From Phyllobates terribilis (Eukaryota), in contig NW_027362772.1 of NCBI RefSeq assembly GCF_046119375.1, forward strand, positions 234,546,001-234,610,000: a DNA stretch of 64,000 nucleotides. The letters run 5' to 3'. The position numbers and the translations under genes are program-made. Positions 1 to 11,822 of the stretch are shown in pieces (the first letter of the stretch is position 1; each line of letters starts with the position of its first letter). The notes beneath the pieces were generated by a model. That model saw only the letters and a program-made list of their open reading frames with translations, had not been told where the DNA came from and ran no database searches.

Positions 1-59
1 ACCGCATGGGGAAGACCCCTGGAAGCATCTCTGACTCCCAGGTCACTGTCTAAAAGTAT

Positions 60-1700
60 GCCCATCATAAGTGATCCTTACCGCATCAGAAGATGCAGAC
101 TTGCAACTATCCCCATGCAAGTTCTAGTCCCAGGGCAGTGTTCAATTGTACCTCCCCCATTCCTTGCAATACAAGATCAAGTATGCAGCCTGCCACCCAC
201 CCACCCCCAGGCTGCAATACCATACTGCTTGCTTGCTTGAACTTGAAATTGGGCCTTTTAGGCATGTGGAGGCGGAATCTGGCCACCACGTCATGGCTGT
301 GTTGGCGGCCTGGAATCCATACTCAGTCCCCAGCCGCCCGGCGGCCGGGTGTCCATACTCGGTCCCCAGCCGCCCCGCGGACGGGTGTCCACACACGGTC
401 CCCAGCCGCCTGGGGGCAGCCAGGTGTACATAAACGGTCCCCAGCCGCCCCTATTTCTCCTTGGAACATCCCCCCACACACTTTTCTTAGCCGGCCTGCT
501 TTAGGCAGCATTGGACGAGCCCACCAAAGAACCAGACTCCTCCGGTGGGCCCTAACTTCTCCATCGGTGGAGTTGAGAGAGCCAAGGTGAGGAGCATGAT
601 GATGATGACAGAAGTTAGCATCTGCTATGTTTTCTTTTAATGCAAGTGTAAGTGTGCAGCCTGCCTCCCACTCACCCCCAGACTGCAATTACATACTGCT
701 AGCTTGCACTTGAAATGGGGCCTTTTAGTTTGGAGGAGGCCGAAGCTGGCCACTACCTCATGGCTGCTTCGGCAGCGAGGTATCCATACTCAGTCCCCAG
801 CCGCCCATATTTGTCCTGGTGTGCCTTATACATAAGATTAAGCGCGTATACCAAAACATTACCTGTGCCCTCCCCAGTGCATTTAGTGGGAAGGAAAGCC
901 TGTTCCGCTGTAGTGTGTGCATGCCAAACCCATGTTCATGGTACATGCGAAGATGCCTCCCACCTTGCACCTGCTGTTGCAGACTTGCAACTATCCCCAT
1001 TCAAGTCCTTGTCCCAGGGCAGTGTTCAATTGTACCTCTCCCATTCTTTGCAATGCAAGCGCAAGTATGCAGCCTGCCACCCACCCACCCCCAGGCTGCA
1101 ATACCATACTGCTTGCTTGCTTGCACTTTAAATTGGGCCTTTTAGGCATGTGGAGGCGGAATCTGGCCACCACGCCATGGCTGTGTCGGCGGCCTGGTAT
1201 CCATACTCAGTCCCCAGCTGCCTGGTGGCCGGGTGTCCCCGCTTGCTCCCCAGCCTCCAGGGGGTGGCCGGGTGTCCATACTCGGTCCCCAGCCACCCCT
1301 ATTTGTCTCGGTAACCTTTCCCACACTTTTCTTAGCCTGGCCTGCTTTAGGGCAGCATTGGCCGAGCCCACCGGACTATCAGACTCCTCCGGTGGGCCCT
1401 GGCTTCTCCATCAGGGGAGTTGAGAGTGCCAAGGTGAGGAGCATGATGAGGATGATAGAAGTTAGCATCTGCTTTGTTTTGTTGTAATGCAAGCGCATGT
1501 ATGTAGTAGCGGCTAGGCCTGAGGTGGTCAGCGTTTTGGCGCATATCCTACCTCCTCCGAGGATTGCTGGATGTTTTCCTGCTACTATCCAAGTTCTATG
1601 ACTCCCATTAAAACAAAGCTTCAGGTGATAAATGATGGATGAGGTAGTGGCAAAGGAGAAAGAGCAGGAGGAACAGGGACCATTCACATCAATATCAGGC
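60..1700 (+). pseudogene. Degenerate, internally reiterated hAT transposase fragment, antisense to the main ORF of copy A
   Basis: Translations such as SQGSVQLYLSHSLQCKRKYA, LLELEIGPFRHVEAE and PYSVPSR align with the transposase segments SQRSAQLSIPQSLERKRKYA, LLALEMLPFRLVETE and RYSVPSR. HILPPPRIAG near 1540 matches HILPTPRIAG. Confidence 0.75.
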
Positions 1701-1972
1701 CAGTCAACCAGATATGTCTTGTAGGATATGTTTCTGTAACAAAAGGAGCAGTTCGGCTACACACTTATAGGGCATACAGTGAGTGCAATGCCTACCAAAA
1801 ATTTCGAGCCACTCCAATGCCCCTTGGAAATGACATGGAGGTCAGAGGGCGTTAACTAAACCTTTTTTTCCATTTATAGCAACTGGGTCTCCCGTGCACT
1901 GTTGGCCTAAGCAGTGAATGGAAGGCTTTCCAAAAATTATGAGGAACTGCAATGCCCCTTACAAGAGCCATG

Positions 1973-2983
1973 TGTGGCACCCCAGGGGTCTGGTCACCAC
2001 ATTAATAGAGATATTACGTCGGAGAGCAAGTGGGAGGTTTCCTGGTCAGGATCCCTTAAACATGCAACATCCTCCTGCCCCAATCCTGGGAGGGGAGAAT
2101 TCTGCCCTTATAAACTGGATCTGGGGCGGGGTTGAGTGAGTCAGAGAGCAGTCAGAGTCAGAGTGAGAGCAAGGGAAAGTAATAGCAAGGAGCTCTGTAG
2201 GAGCTAGGAGCTAAAGACCAGGGGCTGGAAGCTGAGCAGAACTCGCCCTGGCAGAAGACAATAGGAACCGGACACAGGAGTCTGAAGCTGTGAGGACTTA
2301 TATATCCAGCAGCAGAAACCAGCCGGCAGGAGATTTCAGGTCCTCTGGCCATAGAAGCCCGGAGGCTCAGTCACAAGCAAGGGACCAGCACCGCCGTCGT
2401 GGAGCGGAGGCTAACAGAAGGCCTCAAGTCACCAGCCATACGGGTGAGCACTACACGGTACACTCAGGGACGTGGGCTACTTCTACCGGCTTACAGCAAG
2501 GTAGCCAGGAAGAGTGCAGACAGACGGGGAGGCCTACAACTCCACCTGGCCAGGGGAACTCCTGCTTGCTCAAAGACTGACCAGGCCTCTTATGCTAGCC
2601 AGTATTCCCGGGAGGGTCTACCTTATAATCATCAGTAAAGACCCTGAACTGCACTGCAAAGACTCTGAGTCATTCCTGCTGCGCTCGTGCACCGTCATCC
2701 ACACTCACTGCCCTGAGGCTATACTCCTCCTGAGGGGAGTTATCCCATTCTATGCTGCGCACACAACACCAGCCTCAGCGGTCTGCCTCGCAGAGGTGGT
2801 ACTCCCTGACCGCAATCCACGGGTGGCGCAGTCGGACAATTAACCTCAAAACCTAAGAAAGACTGCCACTGGTTTGACCAGCCTGAGCCACAGGACCGGG
2901 TCACCGCCACGGAGACTACAGACCCCAGAGACCCGGCACCGGGTATCCCACACACGTGTACACACGGCCCAGGGGGCGCGTCA
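1973..2983 (+). mobile_element. Solo-LTR-like element, probably Gypsy (copy 1)
   Basis: Runs TGTGGCACCCC...GGGGGCGCGTCA. 4-bp TSD CATG at 1969-1972 and 2984-2987 splits a satellite unit (CAAGAGCCATG|CAGTACAGC). Confidence 0.8.
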
Positions 2984-2987
2984 CATG

Positions 2988-5900
2988 AAGTACAGCATAT
3001 TACAAACATAAGTCCCATTATTGGGGAGTGGGTGTCCCATGGTATTTGCTTATGGTTTCCAAGCAAAAGCTGCCAAAAATTAGGACAGAGCAACTTGCAA
3101 TGCCCCTTACAAGAGCCATGCAGTACAGCATATTACAAACATAAGTCCCATTATTGGGGAGTGGGTGTCCCATGGTATTTGCTTATGCTTTCCCAGCAAA
3201 AGCTGCCAAAAATTAGGAAGGAGCAACTTGCCCCTTACAAGAGCCATGCACTACAGCATATTACAAACATAAGTCCCATTATTGCGTTGTGGGTGTCCCA
3301 TAGTATTTGCTTATGCTTTCCCAGCAAAAGCTGCCAAAAATTAGGACGGAGCAACTTGCAATGCCCCTTACAAGAGCCATGCAGTACAGCATATTACAAA
3401 CATAAGTCCCATTATTGGGGAGTGGGTGTCCCATAGTATTTGCTTATGCTTTCCCAGCAAAAGCTGCCGAAAATTAGGACGGAGCAACTTGCAATGCCCC
3501 TTACAAGAGCCATGCAGTACAGCATATTACAAACATAAGTCACATTATTTGGGAGTGGGTGTCCCATAGTATTTGCTTATGCTTTTCCAGCAAAAGCTGC
3601 CAAAAATTAGGACGGAGCAACTTGCAATGCCCCTTACAAGAGCCATGCAGTACAGCATATTACAAACATAAGTCCAATTATTGGGGAGTGGGTGTCCCAT
3701 AGTATTTGCTTATGCTTTCCCAGCAAAAGCTGCCAAAAATTAGGACGGAGCAACTTGCAATGCCCCTTACAAGAGCCATGCAGTACAGCATATTACAAAC
3801 ATAAGTCCCATTATTGGGAAGTGGGTGTCCCATAGTATTTGCTTATGCTTTTCCAGAAAAGCTGCCAAAAATTAGGATGGAGCAACTTGCAATGCCCCTT
3901 ACAAGAGCCATGCAGTACAGCATATTACAAGCATAAGTCCCATTATTGGGGAGTGGGTGTCTCATAGCATTTGCTTATGCTTTCCCAGCAAAAGCTGCCA
4001 AAAATTAGGACGGAGCAACTTGCAATGCCCCTTACAAGAGCCATGCAGTACAGCATATTACAAACATAAGTCCCATTATTGGAGAGTGGGTGTCCCATAG
4101 TATTTGCTTATGCTTACCCAGCAAAAGCTGCCAAAAATTAGGACGGAGCAACTTGCAATGCCCCTTACAAGAGCCATGCAGTACAGCATATTACAAACAT
4201 AAGTCCCATTATTGGGGAGTGGATGTCCCATAGTATTTGCTTATGCTTTCCAAGGAAAATCTACCAAAAATTAGGACGGAGCAACTTGCAATGCCCCTTA
4301 CAAGAGCCATGCAGTACAGCATATTACAAACATAAGTCCCATTATTGGGGAGTGGGTGTCCCATAGTATTTGCTTATGCTTTCCCAGCAAAAGCTGCCAA
4401 AAATTAGGGCGGAGCAACTTGCAATGCCCCTTACAAGAGCCATGCAGTACAGCATATTACAAACATAAGTCCCATTATTGGGGAGTGGGTGTCCCATAGT
4501 ATTTGCTTATGCTTTCCCAGCAAAAGCTGCCAAAAATTAGGACGGAGCAACTTGCAATGCCCCTTACAAGAGCCATGCAGTACAGCATATTACAAACATA
4601 AGTCCCATTATTGGGGAGTGGGTGTCCCATAGTATTTGCTTATGCTTTCCCAGCAAAAGCTGCCGAAAATTAGGACGGAGCAACTTGCAATGCCCCTTAC
4701 AAGAGCCATGCAGTACAGCATATTACAAACATAAGTCACATTATTTGGGAGTGGGTGTCCCATAGTATTTGCTTATGCTTTTCCAGCAAAAGCTGCCAAA
4801 AATTAGGACGGAGCAACTTGCAATGCCCCTTACAAGAGCCATGCAGTACAGCATATTACAAACATAAGTCCAATTATTGGGGAGTGGGTGTCCCATAGTA
4901 TTTGCTTATGCTTTCCCAGCAAAAGCTGCCAAAAATTAGGACGGAGCAACTTGCAATGCCCCTTACAAGAGCCATGCAGTACAGCATATTACAAACATAA
5001 GTCCCATTATTGGGAAGTGGGTGTCCCATAGTATTTGCTTATGCTTTTCCAGAAAAGCTGCCAAAAATTAGGATGGAGCAACTTGCAATGCCCCTTACAA
5101 GAGCCATGCAGTACAGCATATTACAAGCATAAGTCCCATTATTGGGGAGTGGGTGTCTCATAGTATTTGCTTATGCTTTCCCAGCAAAAGCTGCCAAAAA
5201 TTAGGACGGAGCAACTTGCAATGCCCCTTACAAGAGCCATGCAGTACAGCATATTACAAACATAAGTCCCATTATTGGGGAGTGGGTGTCCCATAGTATT
5301 TGCTTATGCTTACCCAGCAAAAGCTGCCAAAAATTAGGACGGAGCAACTTGCAATGCCCCTTACAAGAGCCATGCAGTACAGCATATTACAAACATAAGT
5401 CCCATTATTGGGGAGTGGATGTCCCATAGTATTTGCTTATGCTTTCCAAGGAAAATCTACCAAAAATTAGGACGGAGCAACTTGCAATGCCCCTTACAAG
5501 AGCCATGCAGTACAGCATATTACAAACATAAGTCCCATTATTGGGGAGTGGGTGTCCCATAGTATTTGCTTATGCTTTCCCAGCAAAAGCTGCCAAAAAT
5601 TAGGGCGGAGCAACTTGCAATGCCCCTTACAAGAGCCATGCAGTACAGCATATTACAAACATAAGTCCCATTATTGGGGAGTGGGTGTCCCATAGTATTT
5701 GCTTATGCTTTCCCAGCAAAAGCTGCCAAAAATTAGGACGGAGCAACTTGCAATGCCCCTTACAAGAGCCATGCAGTACAGCATATTACAAACATAAGTC
5801 CCATTATTGGGGAGTGGGTATCCCATAGTATTTGCTTATGCTTTCCCAGCAAAAGCTGCCAAAAATTAGGACGGAGCAACTTGCAATGCCCCTTACAAGT

Positions 5901-6950
5901 GCCATGCAGTACAGCTTATTACAAACATAAGTCCCATTATTGGGCAGTGGGTGTCCCATAGTATTTGCTTATGCTTTCCCAGCAAAAGCTGCCAATAATT
6001 AGGACGGAGCAACTTGCAATGCCCCTTACAAGAGCCATGCAGTACAGCATATTACAAACATAAGTCCCATTATTGGGGAGTGGGTGTCCCATAGTATTTG
6101 CTTATGCTTTCCCAGCAAAAGCTGCCAAAAATTAGGACGGAGCAACTTGCAATGCCCCTTACAAGAGCCATGCAGTACAGCATATTACAAACATTAGTCC
6201 CATTATTGGGGAGTGGATGTCCCATAGTATTTGCTTATGCTTTCCAAGCAAAATCTGCCAAAAATTAGGACGGAGCGACTTGCAATGCCCCTTACAAGAG
6301 CCATGCAGTACAGCATATTACAAACATAAGTCCCATTATTGGGGAGTGGGTGTCCCATAGTATTTGCTTATGCTTTCCCAGCAAAAACTGCCAAAAATTA
6401 GGACGGAGCAACTTGCAATGTCCCTTACAAGAGCCATGCAGTACAGCATATTACAAACATAAGTCCCATTATTGGGAAGTGGCTGTCCCATAGTATTTGC
6501 TTATGCTTTCCCAGCAAAAGCTGCCAAAAATTAGGACGGAGCAACTTGCAATGCCCCTTACAAGAGCCATGCAGTACAGCATATTACAAACTTAAGTCCC
6601 ATTATTGGGGAGTGGGTGTCCCATAGTATTTGCTTATGCTTTCCCAGCAAAAGCTGCAAAAAATTAGGATGGAGCAACTTGCAATGCCCCTTACAAGAGC
6701 CATGCAGTACAGCATATTACAAACATAAGTCAAATTATTGGGGAGTGGGTGTCCCATAGTATTTGCTTATGCTTTCCAAGCAAAAGCTGCCAAAAATTAG
6801 GACGGAGCAACTTGCAATGCCCCTTACAAGAGCCATGCAGTACAGCATATTACAAACATAAGTCCCATTATTGGGGAGTGGGTGTCCCATAGTATTTGTT
6901 TATGCCTTGCAAGCAAAAGCTGCCAAAAATAAGGACGGAGGAACTTGCAA
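2988..6950. repeat. 133-bp tandem satellite, about 30 copies, inside hAT copy A
   Basis: Unit GTCCCATTATTGGGGAGTGGGTGTCCCATAGTATTTGC...CATATTACAAACATAA. Period 133 (for example 3406 to 3539). Confidence 0.97.
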
Positions 6951-7098
6951 TGCTGGCACCCTGGTGGTATAGTGGTGGTGGAGGCTGAGGATAAGGAGAA
7001 GAAGATTAAACAGCCGAAACGAGGAAGCGTATACCAATGTGTGGGTGTGAAGCGGTGCACGTGAATACACCTCCCGAAATAACACAGTGGATTTGACT

Positions 7099-10000
7099 TT
7101 ATGTTACTCTGCTGTCATTTGGTGGTGATGAGAAGTCTGGCCCAATCCAGCCCTTGTTCATTTTAATAAGGGTCAGCTTGTCAGCATTGTCAGTTGACAG
7201 GCGAGTGCGCTTATCAGTTATAATTCCCCCAGCGGCAGTAAAAACACGTTCCGATAACACGCTAGCGGCAGGGCAGGCCAGGACCTCCAAGGCGTACAGA
7301 GCGAGTTCATTCCAAGTGTCCAGCTTGGATACCCAATAATTAAAAGGCACAGAGGAATCACGGAGGATGCTGGTACAATCGGCAAGGTACTCCCTTACCA
7401 TCTTTTGAAACTTTCCACTCCTTGTGAGAGTACCCCGCGCCTCAGGGCCTGTAAGCTGGGCGGGACTCAGAAAACTGTCCCAGAACGTTGACAGTGTTCC
7501 CCTGCCTCTGCTGGATTGGAGTTGCATCTCTCTCGCCTGTACGCCTTGGTTGGGCAACGAACTGTGACCTCTACCGCTAGCGTGTTCAGATGGGAATTTT
7601 TTAAGAGTTCTGCAGCAAGGGCCTTCTGGTATTGCCCCATTTTTGTAGACCTCTCCACCTCAGGAATAAGAGAGTGAAAGTTCTCCTTGTAGCGGGGGTC
7701 TACAAGTGTCACCAACCAGTAATGACTGTCACCCAACATTTTGACAACGCGAGGGTCACGGTTAAGGCAACGTAACATAAAGTCAGCCATGCGTGCCAGA
7801 CTGGTAAAGGGCAAGATTTCCGTGTCCTCACCAAGATGACAACTGACCATGCTCTCCTCCTCCTCCTCCTCTTCCTCCTCCCCCCTGTCCTCAGGCCACC
7901 CACGCTGAACCGACGGTATGACACTTGTACAGGTACTACCATCTACAATGCATGATAGCAGCTCCTGTTCTTCCTCCTCCTCCTCCTCCTCCTCCTCTCC
8001 CTCATTGTCCCCCAATGCACGTTGGGATGAGATGAGGCTGGGCTGTGTGTAATCGCCCGCTACGGCTTCTGATCCATCTCATCATACTCTGGCTGCAATG
8101 CCTCCTCTTTAATTCTCTGCAGAGAGCGTTGCAAAAGACAGACAAGTGGGATGCTGACACTAATGATGGCGTCATCGCCACTCACCATCTTGGTGGCCTC
8201 CTCAAAGTTTGTCAGGATGGTACATATGTCAGACATCCAGGTCCACTCCTGAGGTTTTATGTGTGGAGTCTGACCTGAATATCGACGGCCTTGTTGCAGC
8301 TGGTACTCCACAACTTCTCTCTTCTGCTCACAAATCCTTTGCAACATGTGGAGGGTAGAGTTCCAACGTGTGTGATCTCACCTCGCCTCAGAGCCGCCAC
8401 TAGGTTACGGCCATTGTCACACACGACCATGCCGGGATGTAGGTTCAGCGGTCTCAGCCACAGATCTGCCTGCTCTTTCACAGCGGTCCACAACTCACAA
8501 GCAGTGTGAGGTTTATCACCTAAGCTTATGAATTTCAGCACAGCATGTTGCCGCTTGGCGGAGGCAGTACTGCAATGCTTCCAGCTTGTAACTGATGTGG
8601 TGATATCTGAGATGGAGGCTGAACATGAGGAGGAGGAGGAGGAGGGGGATGCGCAGGAGCTGTACACTGAAGGGGTAACTCTGACTGACATAGGGCCCGC
8701 AATCCTCGGTGTGGGGAGGATGTGTTCCGTCCCAAGGACCGACTGGGTCCCGGCTTCCACTATGTTTACCCAGTGTGCCGTCTGAGAGATGTACCATCCC
8801 TGGCCACAAGCACTTGTCCACGTGTCCGTTGTCAGGTGGACTCTCCCAGTACCTGCGTTGTTGAGGGCACGGCAGATGTTTTGGGACACGTGCTTGTGTA
8901 GTGCGGGGATGGCACACCGGGCAAAATAGTGTCGGCTGGGGACCGAGTACCGAGGGACGGCCACCGCCATAAGATTGCGGAAGGATTCCGTCTCCACCAG
9001 CCTAAAAGGCAGCATTTCCAATGCAAGCAGTCGTGAAATGTGCGAATTTAGGATTGTGGCCTGTGGGGCGTTAGCTGCGAATTTCCGCTTTCGTTCAAAG
9101 GTCTGGGATATGGACAATTGAACGCTGCGGTGGGATGTGGACGTGGATGCTGATGCTGTTTCTTGAGAAACTGCCATAACAAGTGAAGACTGAGAGGAGG
9201 GGGCATCTTTACATGCAGTATGGACAGGGGATTGCCTTGCACACACAACAGGGGGTTCTATTGCACGCACAACAGTGGAAGAAGCAGTGGTGACACCCGC
9301 TGACACTGGTCGTGGACCCTGGGTTTCGCCCCACAAAGTCGGGTGCTTTGCTGCCATGTGCCTGATCATGCTGGTGGTGGTCAAGCTGGTAGTTTTGTCA
9401 ACCCTGCTGATGCTGGCATGGCAGGTGGAACATATGGCCTTTTTTGGGTTATCAGCAGAGTCTTTAAAAAAATTCCAGACTCTGGAAGACCTACCGCTTG
9501 TACTGGCAACGTCCCTCGTGTTGGTGTTACGGGGAACGGTTGCCTGCCTTCTGTCTGCGGCCACCACACTGCTTCTTCCTGCCTGTTGGGGTACTCTGCC
9601 TCCCTCCCCCTGTATGCTGCTGGCCTCACTCTGCATGTCCCCCTTCCACGTTGGGTTAGTTACTAGATCATCCACCACCTCCTCCTCTTCCACTTGCGCA
9701 CCACGATGCTCCTCCTCACTTCCTGGCAATTGTGTCTCGTCATCGTCCACCTCTTGTGACAGATTGCCAACGTCGACTTCCTGTGGCTGTGGCTGTTCAA
9801 ATATTTGGGCATCGCAACATGGGATCTCCTCTTCCACCACTTCAAGCGTATCAGGCGAGGGGCCCAAATATGGAAATGGACCAGTGAACAGCTCTTCAGA
9901 GTGTCCAAGTGTGGGATCACTTGCTGTCTGACGACACTCGGCATGGTGGGAGGAAGGAGCATCAGGGTGAGGAGGAGTATGCGATCGAGACTCACGGCTA

Positions 10001-10272
10001 CTAAGAGTTGACCGTGTGGAAGACAGACCGGAGGTGGTGGTGCCCAGGTAACTGGAAGTATTATCTGCTATCCAATTAATAACCTGTTCACACTGATCAG
10101 TTATCAATACTGGTGTTGTTCTGTGCTTCCCTCGTAATTCGGTGAAGAAGTGGGAGCGAGAAGATGTGGCTGTTGGTTGTGGCACATTTTCACCTTGGTC
10201 ACGGCCCCGTCCTCTACACGAACCATCACCAGAACGTCCACTTCCAAGTCCCTTGCCATGCGCCTTGCCCAT
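7099..10272 (-). pseudogene. hAT (ZBED-like) transposase pseudogene of copy A
   Basis: BED finger (WNFF...CSTC...RHMAAKH), catalytic TTDTW and VCDNG, and C-terminal LACPAASVLSERVF dimerisation motif. Frameshifted pieces: 8257-10272, 8060-8347, 7467-8015, 7099-7557. Confidence 0.93.
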
Positions 10273-10359
10273 TGTAAATGAAGTAAAATAGCTTACACTT
10301 GCACTATCAATGGAAAAAGGGTAATAAAGAGTAGATTAGAACCGTGGAAGAGGAAAACC

Positions 10360-11110
10360 ACAATTATTGCTTACTGGGGTATACCACACTTTTTAAAATA
10401 GAGATATTTGCGGCTGAACAGTGAGCGACACACTCAAACTGCTTTTTTTTTAGATACCAAAGGCCCAAAACTGGATAGTACAGCGATTTGACCCGTGGAA
10501 CTGTGAAACCACACTGGGATGTCGGTCCTACACAAGACTATTTTCAACAGATATATTTTTGTGTCACAACAGTCAGGAGACACTACTGTTTTTCTTTACA
10601 GAAAAAACTACCAAAAGCTGAATAATAGAGATTTTTTACCGTGGGATGGCAAAACCACAGTTATTGTTTACTGGGGTATACCACACTTTTTTAAATAGAG
10701 ATATTTGTGGCTGAACAGTGAGCGACACACTCAAACTGCTTTTTTTTTAGATACCAAAGGCCCAAAACTGGATAGTACAGCGATTTGACCCGTGGAACTG
10801 CGAAACCACACTGGGATGTCGGGCCTACACAAGACTATTTTCAACAGATATATTTTTGTGTCACAACAGTCAGGAGACACTACTGTTTTTCTTTACGGAA
10901 AAAACTACCAAAAGCTGAATAATAGAGATTTTTTACCGTGGGATGGCAAAATCACAGTTATTGTTTACTGGGGTATACCACACTTTTTTAAATAGAGATA
11001 TTTGCGGCTGAACAGTGAGCGACACCCTCAAACTGTTTTTTTTTTAGATACAAATGGCCCAAAATGGATAATACAGAGGTTTGAACCGTGGAAGTGCGAA
11101 ACAACACTTC
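10360..11110. repeat. 297-bp tandem repeat (about 2.5 copies) in the 5' region of hAT A
   Basis: GAGATATTTG recurs at 10401, 10698 and 10995. Related ~150-bp units occur in copy B at 19530-20100. Confidence 0.85.
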
Positions 11111-11544
11111 TGTTTCTCTAGCCTACACAAGAATATTTTTAACAGTTATATTTGTGTCTGAAAAATCAGAGACACGCTTTTTTTTTGGGGGGGGGGTGAC
11201 ACACCAAAAGGTTAATAAGACGGATATTTGTACAGTGTGAAGGAGGAAAAAAAAAGGAGGATTTAGATGAAAAAAAAAGGATTTTTCCTGGCCCCCGACA
11301 CCTGGTGCTAAGTCCAGCAATTTCAGCAACAGGAGCACACAGGACTGTAATGCAGCGTTTGCTGGTATAACCACTGTGTCTCCTATACAGCCTGCCTGCC
11401 TGGTATCTGGGATGGATATTAGTCCTGAAAAGGACTGTTTGTTTGTTCTGGCAGCCTTTACAGACCCTACACTAACTATTTCGCAGTTTATATCTCTCCC
11501 TAAATCAGCAGCGCTGTCCCTACACTGTCTAATCCGGAGCGACT

Positions 11545-11610
11545 GTGTCCAAGATGGCGGCGCCCCGTTTTAAATACTCGAGGTGACGCTGTGCGTCCAG
11601 CCAATCGATG
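11545..11610 (-). promoter_or_regulatory. Putative hAT transposase promoter (CCAAT, CRE-like half site, TATA-like, YY1)
   Basis: Minus strand reads ATTGG...GCGTCAC...TATTTAAA...GCCGCCATCTTG, the same order as in copy B. Confidence 0.5.
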
Positions 11611-11822
11611 TAATGCCCACAACCAACATGGCTGCAGCATTACAGTGACTGGCTGGCAATCCCTGCATGTTCATTGGCTCTGTAAAGAGCGCCAAACATG
11701 CAGGGCGGAGACCCGAGCTCCCACCCGAGTAACCCGGAAATGCTCGGTGCTCGCCGAGCATCCCGAGAAGCGTGATGCTCGGGCGAGTACCGAGCAGTGT
11801 CGAGCATGTTCGCTCAACACTA

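Larger units (their letters stand above)
1..11822 (-). mobile_element. Large hAT DNA transposon, copy A (3' end lies off the left edge of the window)
   Basis: TIR ...ATGTTCGCTCAACACTA ends at 11822 with CTCG/CGAG-rich subterminal repeats. Transposase pseudogene at 7099-10272. Inverted homology to copy B: 1-1970 matches 24630-26640 and 6950-11822 matches 18886-23560. Confidence 0.9.

Noticed and set aside
1973-2983. DIRS/Ngaro (tyrosine recombinase) origin for the 1.0-1.3-kb family
   Set aside because: Clean 4-bp TSDs and TG...CA ends indicate a DDE integrase. No split direct repeats or long ITRs were seen.
2988-6950. CRISPR-like array
   Set aside because: Units are contiguous near-identical 133-mers with no unique spacers, and the context is vertebrate TE sequence.
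9275-9931. Antisense ORFs over the hAT transposases (also 20380-21141, 60223-60786 and similar)
   Set aside because: These are shadow frames of low-complexity transposase coding sequence with no independent support.
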